From positions 85,879 through 149,878 of the IMG/VR virus record IMGVR_UViG_3300035703_000020: 64,000 nt of DNA, one strand, 5' to 3'. A program made the translations under genes and the position numbers. This DNA is from a virus. Each line of letters opens with the position of its first letter. Within the stretch, counting starts at the first letter, position 1. The notes beneath the pieces are model-generated. The model had not been told where the DNA came from. It searched no databases and was given only the letters and a program-made list of their open reading frames with translations. This document shows positions 1 to 9,789 of this stretch, piece by piece.

Positions 1-1
1 C

Positions 2-1615
2 CCGGTCGCCGGCGCGGTCCTGTACTCGCAGGCGGGCCAATTCAACGTGACGGCCGTCGGGGCCAGCGGGCAGGTGCTGAGATCCAACGGCGGCGCTGCC
101 CCAAGCTGGACGAGCTCGCTCGACCTGACCGACCTGAACATCTCATCGTCCCTGCACCTGCTTGACCAGAAGGCGATCCGGTTCTACGAGGGCGGCGGCG
201 GGCCGAACTACGTCGAGATGCGGGCGCCCCTGACGATCGGCTCGGACTACGTGCTGACGCTCCCGGCCGACGACGGCAATCCCGGCGAGGTCATGGCGAC
301 CGACGGCTCCGGCAACCTGTCCTGGACGAGCCCGGTCGGCACCTTCATCTCGGCCGGCGACTCCGGCGTCTACGTGACGGACCCGGGCGTCGGCGGCCAG
401 ATCGCGTTCAAGACCGACAACCTCACCCGCTGGGAGCTCAACACTGCTGGGCACCTCATCCCGAGCACCGACAGCACCTACGACCTCGGCCTAAACGGCC
501 AGCGCGTCGCGAACGTCTACGCAGACAGCTACCACGGCGAGATCGCGACCAACAACCAGCCGAACATCACCGGGCTCGGGACCGTCTCCAGCGGCACGTG
601 GAGCGCGACGGTCATCGACCCGCTGTACGGCGGGACCGGCGTGTCCAACCCGTCCGGGCGCACGATCACGCTCGGTGGATCGATCACGACCGCCAACTCG
701 TTCCAGACGTCGGGCAACTTCCCCATCACCCTGACGGCCACCGGCAACACGAGCATCACGCTGCCCACGAGCGGCACGCTGGTGTCGTCGTCGGTCACGA
801 CGCTCAGCAGCCTGACCACCGTCGGCAGCCTGCTCAGCCTGACGTGCCAGGGGACGACCAACCTGCAGGCCGGCGTGACCCTGGGCAGCAATGCCACCGA
901 CACGCTCACGATCAACAGCCGCCTGGCCTCGGACATCATCCCGAGCACGGACAACGCCAGGGACCTCGGCGGCGCCGGCTACCGCTTCGCGGAGGTTTGG
1001 GCTAGCCTGGCCTACCTCAACGAGGTCCGCCTCCCGACCGAGGGCCCGGTCAAGTTCTACGAGGCGGCGGTCAACGGCACCGACTATGTGGGCTTCCAGG
1101 CCCCGACGAGCATCACTGGGACCGTCATCTGGAAGCTGCCGCCCGCGGACGGCGGCGCCAACCAGGTGCTGAAGACGGACGGCGCTGGCAACCTCTCCTG
1201 GGCAGCGGGCAGCGCGGTCGCGGCGGGCGGCTCCACCACGCAGGTCCAGTACAACTCGGGCGGATCGCTGACCGGCTCCGCGAACATGACGTTCGACGGG
1301 TCGACGCTGACCGTGCTTGGGCTGACTGTCAACAACGCCGCCAGCTTCAACGGTTCCACGACCACGTTCGGCAACGCCACGAGCGACGCCGTCGTCTTCA
1401 ACGCGCGGGTCAACTCCGACCTCCTCCCCAGCACGGACAACACGCGCAACCTCGGCAGCGCGTCCAACCGCTGGGCGAACATCTACACCGGCGACCTCCA
1501 CCTCAAGAACGAGAGGGGAGACTGGACGATCATCGAGGAGGAGGACGCGCTGACCATCCGCAATAACAAGACGGGCAGGGTCTACGACATCATGATGACG
1601 CCGAGGGGGTCCTGA
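2..1615 (+). CDS. Tail fibre protein (5' partial)
   Basis: Frame is open from the window start. Gly/Thr/Ser-rich, with repeated YVxxxAP..LP.DG..G.V..TDG.GNLSW modules and C-terminal RWANIYTGDLHLKNERGDW typical of cyanophage fibres. Confidence 0.8.
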   Translation, partial: PVAGAVLYSQAGQFNVTAVGASGQVLRSNGGAAPSWTSSLDLTDLNISSSLHLLDQKAIRFYEGGGGPNYVEMRAPLTIGSDYVLTLPADDGNPGEVMATDGSGNLSWTSPVGTFISAGDSGVYVTDPGVGGQIAFKTDNLTRWELNTAGHLIPSTDSTYDLGLNGQRVANVYADSYHGEIATNNQPNITGLGTVSSGTWSATVIDPLYGGTGVSNPSGRTITLGGSITTANSFQTSGNFPITLTATGNTSITLPTSGTLVSSSVTTLSSLTTVGSLLSLTCQGTTNLQAGVTLGSNATDTLTINSRLASDIIPSTDNARDLGGAGYRFAEVWASLAYLNEVRLPTEGPVKFYEAAVNGTDYVGFQAPTSITGTVIWKLPPADGGANQVLKTDGAGNLSWAAGSAVAAGGSTTQVQYNSGGSLTGSANMTFDGSTLTVLGLTVNNAASFNGSTTTFGNATSDAVVFNARVNSDLLPSTDNTRNLGSASNRWANIYTGDLHLKNERGDWTIIEEEDALTIRNNKTGRVYDIMMTPRGS

Positions 1616-2796
1616 TGGAGCTCCGGTCGATCACGAAGATCGAGCAGTTCATGACCAACGCGCTGCTGTCCTCGCCGCTCGTCCCGCTCGGGGTGAACGT
1701 GGTGAGGCTGGCGGACGTGTCCGACGAGGAGGGCATCTTCCAGATGGTCAACTCGATGGTCGTGCGCTACACCGACTCGAGCGTGAACATCGTCAGCCGC
1801 GCACCACTCTCGATGGAGCGCACGCTGAACTTCGAGGTGAACATCGCCTGCCAGAGCTACCTCAGCAACTCCGGGCACGATTTCGCCGTGCAGCTGCTGG
1901 CCGCGGCCCACGAGACGCTGATCAACCAGGTGCCGTGCGACACCGGCCTGGAGGTGATCGAGCCGCTGGTGATGTCGAGCGAGCGCTTCACCGGGCTCAC
2001 GGACTCCACGCACTACACCTACACGCAGACCTGGTCGCTGGTGGTGCAGGACTACTACCGCGGCATCGCCCTCGACCCGTGCGTCGCCCGCGGCAACTGC
2101 AGCAAGCTGTGGCCGGCGTACCTCAACCAGAGGCTCCTCCCCGGCGAGTTCGTCGCGAGCGGCAGGATCACCGCCCCGGTGCTGCCGCCGCCGAACGACT
2201 CGATCGACTACGACTGCGAGTACGCCGGCGTCGTGGTGAACGAGGCGGGCGACTGGGTCTACAAGTGGGACCCCACCAAGGTGTTCATGTCCGCCGGCGA
2301 GATCGCGAACTGCGAGGTCATCTACACCGGCCAGACGGACGAGTCGGGCAAGTTCTACATCTATAACATCAAGTGCGGCGGCGAGTTCGTCAGGTTCTTC
2401 TTCGCCTGCGACACCGGCAAGAGGCTGCTGCAGGTGAGCGAGACCCTGTTCAGGTCGCCGAACCAGCTCGTCGGGCTGCCGCGGGTCTCGGATCCAGGAG
2501 AGAGGATCGTGCCCAACACGCTGCTGCCCCGCAACGGGTACGGCTTCGTGGCGCCGGCCAAGGCGTTCATCTACAAGGACCCGACCGACCCCGACGCCAT
2601 CGCCATCCTCGTGCAGAACGGCGACCTGTTCCCGACCGAGGAGGGCACGGTGCTGGCGGTCGACGACGCCTCGTACTACCGCATCGGCGGCACCCCGATT
2701 GGCAAGGCCTGGATCGACACGCGCGACTTCAGCCTGCTCGAGCCGAACCAATACCTGCCCCGGGTGGACGCGTCCGGGCCGGAGATCGAGGAGTAG
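1615..2796 (+). CDS. Hypothetical virion protein (possible tail completion protein)
   Basis: 393 aa, TGATG-coupled to the fibre gene, typical codon usage; function inferred from context only. Confidence 0.5.
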   Translation: MELRSITKIEQFMTNALLSSPLVPLGVNVVRLADVSDEEGIFQMVNSMVVRYTDSSVNIVSRAPLSMERTLNFEVNIACQSYLSNSGHDFAVQLLAAAHETLINQVPCDTGLEVIEPLVMSSERFTGLTDSTHYTYTQTWSLVVQDYYRGIALDPCVARGNCSKLWPAYLNQRLLPGEFVASGRITAPVLPPPNDSIDYDCEYAGVVVNEAGDWVYKWDPTKVFMSAGEIANCEVIYTGQTDESGKFYIYNIKCGGEFVRFFFACDTGKRLLQVSETLFRSPNQLVGLPRVSDPGERIVPNTLLPRNGYGFVAPAKAFIYKDPTDPDAIAILVQNGDLFPTEEGTVLAVDDASYYRIGGTPIGKAWIDTRDFSLLEPNQYLPRVDASGPEIEE

Positions 2797-2810
2797 GGTA
2801 AGAGCCGCTG

Positions 2811-3026
2811 ATGGGAACAGCCGCGCGGGTGGACCTCTCCGACCTGAGCAACGAAGTGGACGCATCGCGCTACAGGCGCATGAGGCGGACCTACATCAAC
2901 ATGCTGGCCTCGGAGGTCCCCGAGTCCTTCCTCCTCCGCTTCGACAGCGAGGAGACGGCGCTCGAGGAGCTGCTAGACGCCATCTACGGCACAATGGAGG
3001 CGGACGACGATGAACAACGGGCGTGA
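2811..3026 (+). CDS. Hypothetical protein
   Basis: 71 aa, preceded by GGGTAAG, fits gene packing. Confidence 0.6.
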   Translation: MGTAARVDLSDLSNEVDASRYRRMRRTYINMLASEVPESFLLRFDSEETALEELLDAIYGTMEADDDEQRA

Positions 3027-3195
3027 CATCCTCTGGAAGGAGTACTACGCCGCGGTCAAGGCCGGCAACGCCGACCGCGCCAAGCTGATTCTGAAGAAGC
3101 TGCACTCGGGCCCCTCCGGGACGTCCGGGTCGGTGTACATGCCCAACGGCGCGCAGGCGCCGGGTGGGTGCAAGCGATGCAGGAGGACGATCTGA
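3010..3195 (+). CDS. Hypothetical protein (C-terminal CxxC)
   Basis: 61 aa, overlaps both neighbours, TGATG-coupled to the next gene. Confidence 0.55.
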   Translation: MNNGRDILWKEYYAAVKAGNADRAKLILKKLHSGPSGTSGSVYMPNGAQAPGGCKRCRRTI

Positions 3196-3488
3196 TGGCC
3201 GACAGGAACGAGCGGATCATCGAGCAGAAGAGCAAGCTCGCCGAGAAGGTGCTGAAGGTGGCCGAGCAGGCGCTCGGCGACATCGAGGCGACCATGGGCG
3301 AGGCGCCCGTGCGCGACCTGATCAGCATCTTCAACTCCTCGATCAAGGTCCACCGCGACCTCATGAGCGACATCGTCGCCATCCAGGAGAGCGAGACGAA
3401 GGCCGAGAAGGAGCTGGCCAAGGACAAGGAGTACACCTCCAAGGTCGACGACCTGCTCAAGAAGCTGGGGCAGGGCAAGCAGGAATGA
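3195..3488 (+). CDS. Putative terminase small subunit
   Basis: Helical 97-aa protein, ATGA-coupled to terL; assignment is positional. Confidence 0.45.
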   Translation: MADRNERIIEQKSKLAEKVLKVAEQALGDIEATMGEAPVRDLISIFNSSIKVHRDLMSDIVAIQESETKAEKELAKDKEYTSKVDDLLKKLGQGKQE

Positions 3489-5173
3489 GGCCCATCATCA
3501 CGCACGCGTCGCAGCTGGAGGAGCACTCGAGCTGGCGCGTGTACAAGCGCGGGCTCCGCGAGCTGGAGCTCATGGAGGCGCCGAAGAGCGTGCTGCAGGA
3601 CTACAGGTTCCGCGCGGCGCGCTCTTGCTTTCTGGCGTTCGCGGACGTCATGCTCGACGGCAAGCTGCAGGTCGCCGACTTCCACGAGATCATCGGCTCC
3701 GCGTTCGAGGACGTCGCCCAGCTGCGCTACCAGAGGCTGATCGTCAGCTGCGCGCCGCGCTCGGGCAAGTCAATGCTCGCCCAGCTGTTCGTCGCATGGC
3801 TCCTCGGCCACGACGAGCAGACGCAGCACATCATCGCGTCGTACGGCCAGCTCCTCTCGAACAAGTTCAACCGCGGGGTCAACGGCTACCTCCGCCACAA
3901 GCACTTCCAGCGCATCTTCCCCGAGTGGAGCGGCTTCCACCCGGACTCCAAGTACGACATGCGCGGCGGCGGGTTCATCCTCGCGACGTCCGTCGGCGGG
4001 GTGCTCACAGGCTTCACGGCCGGGACGCCGCACGAGGACAGCCCCGGCGTCGGCGCGATGGTCATCGACGACCCGCTGAAGGGCTCGGACTCCCGCGCCG
4101 CGTTCGAGGAGTTAGAGGACTGGTGGGGCGAGCAGGCGTCCACCCGGCGCACGAACCGCTGGGCCCAGCTCGTCATCGGCACCCGCTTCGGCGAGAAGGA
4201 CCTCCACGGCCTCCTGATGGACGGCGACGGCCTCTGGGACCCCGACGACAACCCGAAGGGCTGGCGGTGGGTGAACATCGAGGCGCTCTGCGAGAACGAG
4301 GCGACCGACATCCTCGGCCGGAAGAACGGCGAGTCGCACTGGCCCGGTAACGGCACCTTCACCGTCGACATGCTCCTCTCGCAGAAGAGGATCATGGGCT
4401 CGGACAAGTTCTCCGCGCTCTACCAGGGCAGGCCGACGGCGCAGGAGGGCTCGATCGTCAAGGCGGGCTGGATCAGCGTGAAAAGGCCCGAGGACTGCCC
4501 GGAGTTCGACATCACCTACCTGTCGCTCGACACGGCGTTCTCCGAGAAGCAGAGCGCGGACGAAAGCGTGATCGCGGTGATGGGCTACTCGCGCAAGCAC
4601 AAGGACGACGTCTACGTCCGCGAGATCATCAGCGGGCGGTGGGGCTTCCCAGACCTGCTCGCCATGCTCGAGCAGACGCGGAAATACTATGGGGCGAAGT
4701 TCCTCACGATCGAGCAGGCGGCGTCCGGCCAGTCGCTGATCCAGATGCTCGAGCGGGAGAGCAAGATACACATCCACGGATTCAAGCCGCTGCGGTCCAA
4801 GACGATCCGCCTGCAGACGGTGTCCCCGCTGTGGGAGGCCGGGCGCGTGCACTTCGTCGAGGGCGCCTGGACGGACGACTTCATTAAGGAGCTCACGGCC
4901 TTCCCCTTCGTGCCGCACGACGACCGGACTGACGCGGTCGTTTACGGGTTGACGTACTACATGTTCCACCTCGACGGTGGAACGCACGGCGACACGCTCC
5001 AGGCGATTGTCGGCGCCAAGGGCAAGTCACCAGGCCGCGGGCAGCTCACGGGCGAGTTCACGGAGCTGCGGAGCGGCAGGAAGCGCGAGCTGCTGACGCA
5101 CGGCGAGAGGGCACTGTACTTCGGCAAAGGCGGCAAGCGGTCGGGGCTCTCGTACGACATAGGCATGGACTGA
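3485..5173 (+). CDS. terL: Terminase large subunit
   Basis: Walker A APRSGKS, Walker B MVIDDP, nuclease motifs LSLDTA, IEQAASG and FPFVPHDDRTDA. True start is ATG 3485 (MRPIITH). Confidence 0.92.
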   Translation: MRPIITHASQLEEHSSWRVYKRGLRELELMEAPKSVLQDYRFRAARSCFLAFADVMLDGKLQVADFHEIIGSAFEDVAQLRYQRLIVSCAPRSGKSMLAQLFVAWLLGHDEQTQHIIASYGQLLSNKFNRGVNGYLRHKHFQRIFPEWSGFHPDSKYDMRGGGFILATSVGGVLTGFTAGTPHEDSPGVGAMVIDDPLKGSDSRAAFEELEDWWGEQASTRRTNRWAQLVIGTRFGEKDLHGLLMDGDGLWDPDDNPKGWRWVNIEALCENEATDILGRKNGESHWPGNGTFTVDMLLSQKRIMGSDKFSALYQGRPTAQEGSIVKAGWISVKRPEDCPEFDITYLSLDTAFSEKQSADESVIAVMGYSRKHKDDVYVREIISGRWGFPDLLAMLEQTRKYYGAKFLTIEQAASGQSLIQMLERESKIHIHGFKPLRSKTIRLQTVSPLWEAGRVHFVEGAWTDDFIKELTAFPFVPHDDRTDAVVYGLTYYMFHLDGGTHGDTLQAIVGAKGKSPGRGQLTGEFTELRSGRKRELLTHGERALYFGKGGKRSGLSYDIGMD

Positions 5174-5302
5174 TCCCCCTTCACATGCTTAGCCGACGAG
5201 CGGGGCATCTTATTCAATAAGTAAAAGAAGACATGGGTAATATAATGACGTTCGCGTCTTACACTCGTGCCGAATAATAGATTCCAGAAGAAACGCACCT
5301 TC

Positions 5303-5563
5303 ATGAAGACTCAGCCAATGGACGACCGATTCATAGAGGAGCGCATCCCCGTAGAGGCCAAACCACCGCGTAATTACCTTCGTGATCGCGGCAAGCGACT
5401 CACTAATCGAGCCACCGGACGCCGCATAACCGTGCAGGGCGGTGTCGGTTGGAAAGAGATCTGCGAAGAGATCCTCCGCGATGGTACGCATCCGAAATCA
5501 CTCGCCCAGGTTGCGGCTGGAAAATGGAAAACTGCCAATGGGTGGGAGGTCGAGGTATTGTGA
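5303..5563 (+). CDS. NUMOD1-like DNA-binding protein
   Basis: C-terminal LAQVAAGKWKTANGWEV resembles NUMOD1/IENR1; lies in a lower-GC island. Confidence 0.5.
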   Translation: MKTQPMDDRFIEERIPVEAKPPRNYLRDRGKRLTNRATGRRITVQGGVGWKEICEEILRDGTHPKSLAQVAAGKWKTANGWEVEVL

Positions 5564-5997
5564 AACACAAGCACAGAATCACGCCAGGCTACGAAGGTGG
5601 TGAGTACGTAGAGGGGAATGTAGTCGAGCTGACACCGACGCAGCACGCAATGTGGCATTTCGCCGAATGGCAACGCAAAGGCAATTGGCAAGATAGATTA
5701 GCGTGGCAGTGCTTGACCGCGCAATGCACGAGGGGGGAAGCTGTAAGAAAAGCTCAATCAGAAGGCGGTAAACTGGGAGGCAGATCAAGACCATCGGCTG
5801 AAGCTAGAGAGAAAATGAGCGCGTGGCAACGTGGTGAAAGGAGCCCGAGTTACGGAAAATGTAAGAGCGAGGAAACGCGGAGGAAAATTTCGGCAAGTAG
5901 CAAGGGAAAGAAACTGAGCGAGGAAACACGCCGCAAAATAAGCGAGGCCAGTAAAGGTAGAACACCATGGAATAAGGGCTTGCGTCTGCGGGGGTAA
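5560..5997 (+). CDS. HNH homing endonuclease with NUMOD3 repeats
   Basis: HKHRI..GG.Y..GNV..LT..QH..WH HNH core, two SEETRRKIS repeats and PWNKG; lower GC than flanks. Confidence 0.8.
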   Translation: MKHKHRITPGYEGGEYVEGNVVELTPTQHAMWHFAEWQRKGNWQDRLAWQCLTAQCTRGEAVRKAQSEGGKLGGRSRPSAEAREKMSAWQRGERSPSYGKCKSEETRRKISASSKGKKLSEETRRKISEASKGRTPWNKGLRLRG

Positions 5998-6027
5998 GCT
6001 CGGGACATACCTTGGCAAGAATATGCC

Positions 6028-6828
6028 ATGGCAAAAATTAAAGGGGGTGAGCCGCATGATCACCTAGAGTTCGCATTGGTCGAATCTCAAACCTTTGTCA
6101 CCGATACAATGCCAGCTTGCAAAGAGCGTCGCAAGGAACGCAGGGCTAACGTGGCCCGCGCCGAGCTCGACACCCACCGCAACATGGACCTCATGCCGTT
6201 CATCCCGAGGACGGACAGGCAGGAGGAGCTCTGGACATGCCTCAACAAGAACACCGTCACGATCGCCGTCGGCCCGGCCGGCGTCGGTAAGACCCTCGTG
6301 GCCCTGCACTGGGGCCTCAGCTCGATCAGGGTCAACCAGATCGACAAGATCTACTACCTGCGCTCCGACGTCGGGGTCATGCACCAGCGGGGCCGCGGCG
6401 CGCTGCCGGGCACGATGGAGGAGAAGATGGCGCCGCTCGTCGGCCCGGTCTTCGACAACCTCAACGTGATCATGCGGTCGCACGGCGCCGCCGAGTACCT
6501 CGTCAACAAGAAGGTCGTCGAGCCGATCCTGCTCGAGGACGTCCGCGGCCGCTCGCTGTCGAACTGCCTGATCGTCTTTGACGAGGCGCAGAACGCCACG
6601 CCCGACCAGTGCAAGACCGTGCTGAGTCGCGTCGGCGAGAACGCCAAGGTGGTCCTCACGGGCGACACCAGGCAGATCGACCTCGACGTGTTCCAGACCA
6701 ACTGCGGGCTGATCGACGCCTACCAGCGCCTCGCGGGGCTCGACCAGGTCGGCAGGGTCCGGTTCACGGCCGACGACATCGTGCGCAACTCGGTGATCGC
6801 ACACATCCTCAGAAGGTATGACGACTGA
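6028..6828 (+). CDS. phoH: PhoH family ATPase
   Basis: GPAGVGKT, GALPG, RGRSL, DEAQN, GDTRQID, DIVRN motifs. Confidence 0.93.
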   Translation: MAKIKGGEPHDHLEFALVESQTFVTDTMPACKERRKERRANVARAELDTHRNMDLMPFIPRTDRQEELWTCLNKNTVTIAVGPAGVGKTLVALHWGLSSIRVNQIDKIYYLRSDVGVMHQRGRGALPGTMEEKMAPLVGPVFDNLNVIMRSHGAAEYLVNKKVVEPILLEDVRGRSLSNCLIVFDEAQNATPDQCKTVLSRVGENAKVVLTGDTRQIDLDVFQTNCGLIDAYQRLAGLDQVGRVRFTADDIVRNSVIAHILRRYDD

Positions 6829-7594
6829 CGCGGACAGGTACGCATCCTCGTTCGACGGTGGGTCCCGGGAGGTTCTCGGGGCCCTCTTCGACTTCGCGGC
6901 GTGCGAGAGGCCGGACGGGTCCCGCTACGGGATCGCGGCCGGCAGGCGGTGCAGGAAGGGCCGCGAGGTCGACATCGAGGGCGCCGAGTGGGAGTACCTC
7001 ACGAAGGGCAACTACGGGGCCGTCGAGATCGACCGAAAGCAGGGGCTGATCCGCAAGACCAACGTGCCGGGCCGGAGCTTCGGCGAGCACGAGGCGGAGC
7101 TGCAGAGGATGATGGGCGACGCGGGCCACAGCCCGAAGCTCCACAGGGCGTCCGACAGCGAGATCGTCATGGACCTGGCGCCCGGGAAGACGATCTGGAA
7201 GGACTACAGGCCGTCCGAGGGCGAGAAGGGCGTGAGGTTCAACGAGGCGCAGGCCTCGGCCGCGGCGAAGGCCGTGCTGTTCCTCCACCGCAAGGGCTTC
7301 TACCACGGCGACATGCACAGCCTGCAGTGGATGGTGGACGGCGACAGGCCCATGCTGATCGACTTCGGCCTGAGCGGTAAAACGGCCTCGGACCCGAGGA
7401 AGGCGCTGCAGGACTGGACGAAGGGCGCGGCGTTCATGAACCTCGACGCCGTCGGCGGGGAGGGCGGCAGGCGCGTCCGGGACTACGTCGGGCGGTACAG
7501 GGAGGCGGGGGCGTCCAAGCCCGCGAAGGACAGGCAGGCCAAGCAGGAGCAGGTCGCCAGGGAGTACCTGGACTGGGTCGGCTCGCTCGGGTAA
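6818..7594 (+). CDS. Leader/Cys-motif protein with protein-kinase-like domain
   Basis: N-terminal FDFAACERPDGSRYG..CRKG; kinase motifs KGNYG, HGDMH, LIDFG. Confidence 0.8.
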   Translation: MTTDADRYASSFDGGSREVLGALFDFAACERPDGSRYGIAAGRRCRKGREVDIEGAEWEYLTKGNYGAVEIDRKQGLIRKTNVPGRSFGEHEAELQRMMGDAGHSPKLHRASDSEIVMDLAPGKTIWKDYRPSEGEKGVRFNEAQASAAAKAVLFLHRKGFYHGDMHSLQWMVDGDRPMLIDFGLSGKTASDPRKALQDWTKGAAFMNLDAVGGEGGRRVRDYVGRYREAGASKPAKDRQAKQEQVAREYLDWVGSLG

Positions 7595-7637
7595 ACCCTA
7601 CGAGGCGGGCTCCCGTCCCGCGTTAAAGCAGACTGCC

Positions 7638-8246
7638 ATGAGAAAAGACCGCTTCACCGACGAGGCCCTGCGGAACGCGCGGGCGCTCGCCGAACTGAAA
7701 TACTCCGAGAACCCCGAGGAGCAGACGGCCTTCGCGGAGGCCTACGACTTCGCGCGCTGCCAGCGGCCCGACGGCACCTTCTACGGCACCAGCGGCCAGT
7801 GCCGCAAGGGCCAGGAGGCCGGCGCCAACAAGAAGCTCAAGACGGACTTCCGCAAGGAGGTGGCCGCCGGCGCCGCCAAGCGCAAGGTGCGGGACGAAAA
7901 GATCACGGCCAGGCAGGGCCGCGACGCCGAGCTGCGGACGCAGATCCGCGACGCGATCGTCGCGCAGCGCCCGATCAAGGCCGAGCTCGACCGCCGCGAG
8001 CGGGCCCTCCGCGAGGTGGAGCGCCGCGTGAAGAAGGACCCCTCGAAGGAGAACAGGGCCAACATGAGGACGCTCGCCGCCGCCGTGCGGGAGAAGGAGC
8101 GCGAGTACAACAAGGCCGAGCGGGAGATCGAGAAGATGGCGCGCGAGCGGGCGCGCCTCGAGCGGCAGCGGCAGCGCGAGCTGATGACCCCGGCCCAGAG
8201 GGCCGAGGAGCGCCGCGTCGGCAAGATCATCAAGGAGCGCGGCTGA
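7638..8246 (+). CDS. Leader/Cys-motif protein with basic coiled coil
   Basis: YDFARCQRPDGTFYGTSGQCRKG followed by an R/E-rich helix. Confidence 0.8.
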   Translation: MRKDRFTDEALRNARALAELKYSENPEEQTAFAEAYDFARCQRPDGTFYGTSGQCRKGQEAGANKKLKTDFRKEVAAGAAKRKVRDEKITARQGRDAELRTQIRDAIVAQRPIKAELDRRERALREVERRVKKDPSKENRANMRTLAAAVREKEREYNKAEREIEKMARERARLERQRQRELMTPAQRAEERRVGKIIKERG

Positions 8247-8839
8247 TGGCCAGGGTACACAGCAACATCTTCGACAACTTCAGCGAGGAGGCCCTCGAGG
8301 CGCTGGACTTCGCCCGTTGCCAGCGGGCCGACGGCTCCTACTACGGGACCTCGGGCCAGTGCCGCAAGGGCAAGGAGGCGGGCGACAAGACAGCTGAGCA
8401 AAAGAAAGTTCCAACGGCGAAGCCCAGCGGAGTAAGCAACGAGCAGGCGATGAAGCTCCGCGCCTCCCTCACCAAGCAGATCGGCGACGCAGCAAAGTCC
8501 CGCGACCTGAACAAGACCAACAATCTGATGCAGGCGCTCGCGGCCGTCGAAGGTCAGCTCAAGGCCAGAGGCGTTAATCTCGCCGGAGGCGGGGCGATGG
8601 CCGAGGCCAAGGCCGGCGAGCGCGAGATCGCCCGCGGCGAGAAGTTCATCGGCCGCGCCCGCGTCGCGATGAAGAAGCTCTCCAACGAGCGCAATGTCGC
8701 CCAGATGCGCCTGCAGATCGGGCGCATGAACCAGATCGACGAGGCCATGAAGCGCCTCCGCAAGAAGGCTGAGCAGGTCGGCGGGCGGCTCGACGAGCTG
8801 ACCGGCACCAAGGGCCAGGGCAAGTACTACGTCCCCTGA
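8246..8839 (+). CDS. Leader/Cys-motif protein with basic C-terminus
   Basis: Start ATG 8246 (TGATG); LDFARCQRADGSYYGTSGQCRKG. Confidence 0.8.
   Translation: MARVHSNIFDNFSEEALEALDFARCQRADGSYYGTSGQCRKGKEAGDKTAEQKKVPTAKPSGVSNEQAMKLRASLTKQIGDAAKSRDLNKTNNLMQALAAVEGQLKARGVNLAGGGAMAEAKAGEREIARGEKFIGRARVAMKKLSNERNVAQMRLQIGRMNQIDEAMKRLRKKAEQVGGRLDELTGTKGQGKYYVP
8263..8387 (+). repeat. 125-bp perfect direct repeat, copy 1
   Basis: Identical to 8861-8985; encodes the leader and Cys motif. Confidence 0.95.
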
Positions 8840-8846
8840 GGCCGGC

Positions 8847-9365
8847 ATGGCGATACACGACAACATCTTCGACAACTTCAGCGAGGAGGCCCTCGAGGCG
8901 CTGGACTTCGCCCGTTGCCAGCGGGCCGACGGCTCCTACTACGGGACCTCGGGCCAGTGCCGCAAGGGCAAGGAGGCGGGCGACAGGCCGGCCGAGGCGC
9001 CCAAGGGCGACCGGGCGCCGGTGCTCAAGGACCGCATCGCCAAGGCTAAGGCGTCAGGTGACAAGAAGAAGCCTGAGATCGACGAGAGCAAGCTCTACAG
9101 GCTGAATCAGAAGCAGAACCAGCTGGCCGAGAGAATCGGGCGCGAGCGGTCCATGCTGGCCCGCATGAGCACGGGCAAGGCGGCTGCCGAGCTCCGCAAG
9201 CGGCGCGAGGACCGCATCAAGAAGCTCTCGCGGTCGCTCAAGCGGCTGGGCGAGCTGCGAACCGAGGCGAACAGGCGGCTCGACAAGGGCGCCAGGAAGT
9301 CCGGCAGGCCGAGGCCGCTGATGGCCCCCAACTGGGGTACCAGCCCCGGGAGACCCACCAAGTAG
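8847..9365 (+). CDS. Leader/Cys-motif protein with basic C-terminus
   Basis: Same N-terminus as the 8246 gene, unrelated C-terminus. Confidence 0.8.
   Translation: MAIHDNIFDNFSEEALEALDFARCQRADGSYYGTSGQCRKGKEAGDRPAEAPKGDRAPVLKDRIAKAKASGDKKKPEIDESKLYRLNQKQNQLAERIGRERSMLARMSTGKAAAELRKRREDRIKKLSRSLKRLGELRTEANRRLDKGARKSGRPRPLMAPNWGTSPGRPTK
8861..8985 (+). repeat. 125-bp perfect direct repeat, copy 2
   Basis: Identical to 8263-8387. Confidence 0.95.
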
Positions 9366-9369
9366 GCCC

Positions 9370-9789
9370 ATGAACAACTTCGGACGCATCAACCCCGAGG
9401 CCCTCGAGTGGGCCGAGAACCCCGAGTGGGCCGAGAAGTACGGCGGCATCGACTTCCGCCCGCCCCAGTCCGTGGCTGACGCGGCGGCGCGCGGGCTCGA
9501 GCTGCGCAAGAAGACGGGCCGCGGCGGCTTCAGCACGAAGCAGGCGGCCGCCGAGGGCGTGGGCTCCGGCGTGCAGCGCGCCGCGTCGCTGAAGAACAGG
9601 CAGTCGCTGTCGCCGGCGACCATCGGCCGCATGGTGAGCTTCTTCGCCCGCCACTCGGCGTACAAGAAGGACCACACGACGGACCCCCCGTCCAACAGCC
9701 TCATCTCGTGGCTGCTCTGGGGCGGCGACCCGGGCAGGGCCTGGGCCGAGAAGGTCAAGGCGCAGATGGACCGGGCCGATGAGAAGTAG
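9370..9789 (+). CDS. Conserved phage hypothetical protein (head-region type)
   Basis: PPQSVADAAARGLELR..RMVSFFARH..WLLWGGD.G..WA pattern; leader-like N-terminus with EWAE twice. Confidence 0.7.
   Translation: MNNFGRINPEALEWAENPEWAEKYGGIDFRPPQSVADAAARGLELRKKTGRGGFSTKQAAAEGVGSGVQRAASLKNRQSLSPATIGRMVSFFARHSAYKKDHTTDPPSNSLISWLLWGGDPGRAWAEKVKAQMDRADEK

Noticed and set aside
3485-5173. Intein or intron in terL or nrdA
   Set aside because: Motifs are contiguous and lengths normal, with no intein splice-junction signatures. The only nrdA insertion is the glutaredoxin.
8263-8985. Diversity-generating retroelement TR/VR pair or CRISPR-like repeat
   Set aside because: The two copies are identical with no adenine-specific mismatches, lie at gene 5' ends, and have no reverse transcriptase, spacers or cas genes in the window.
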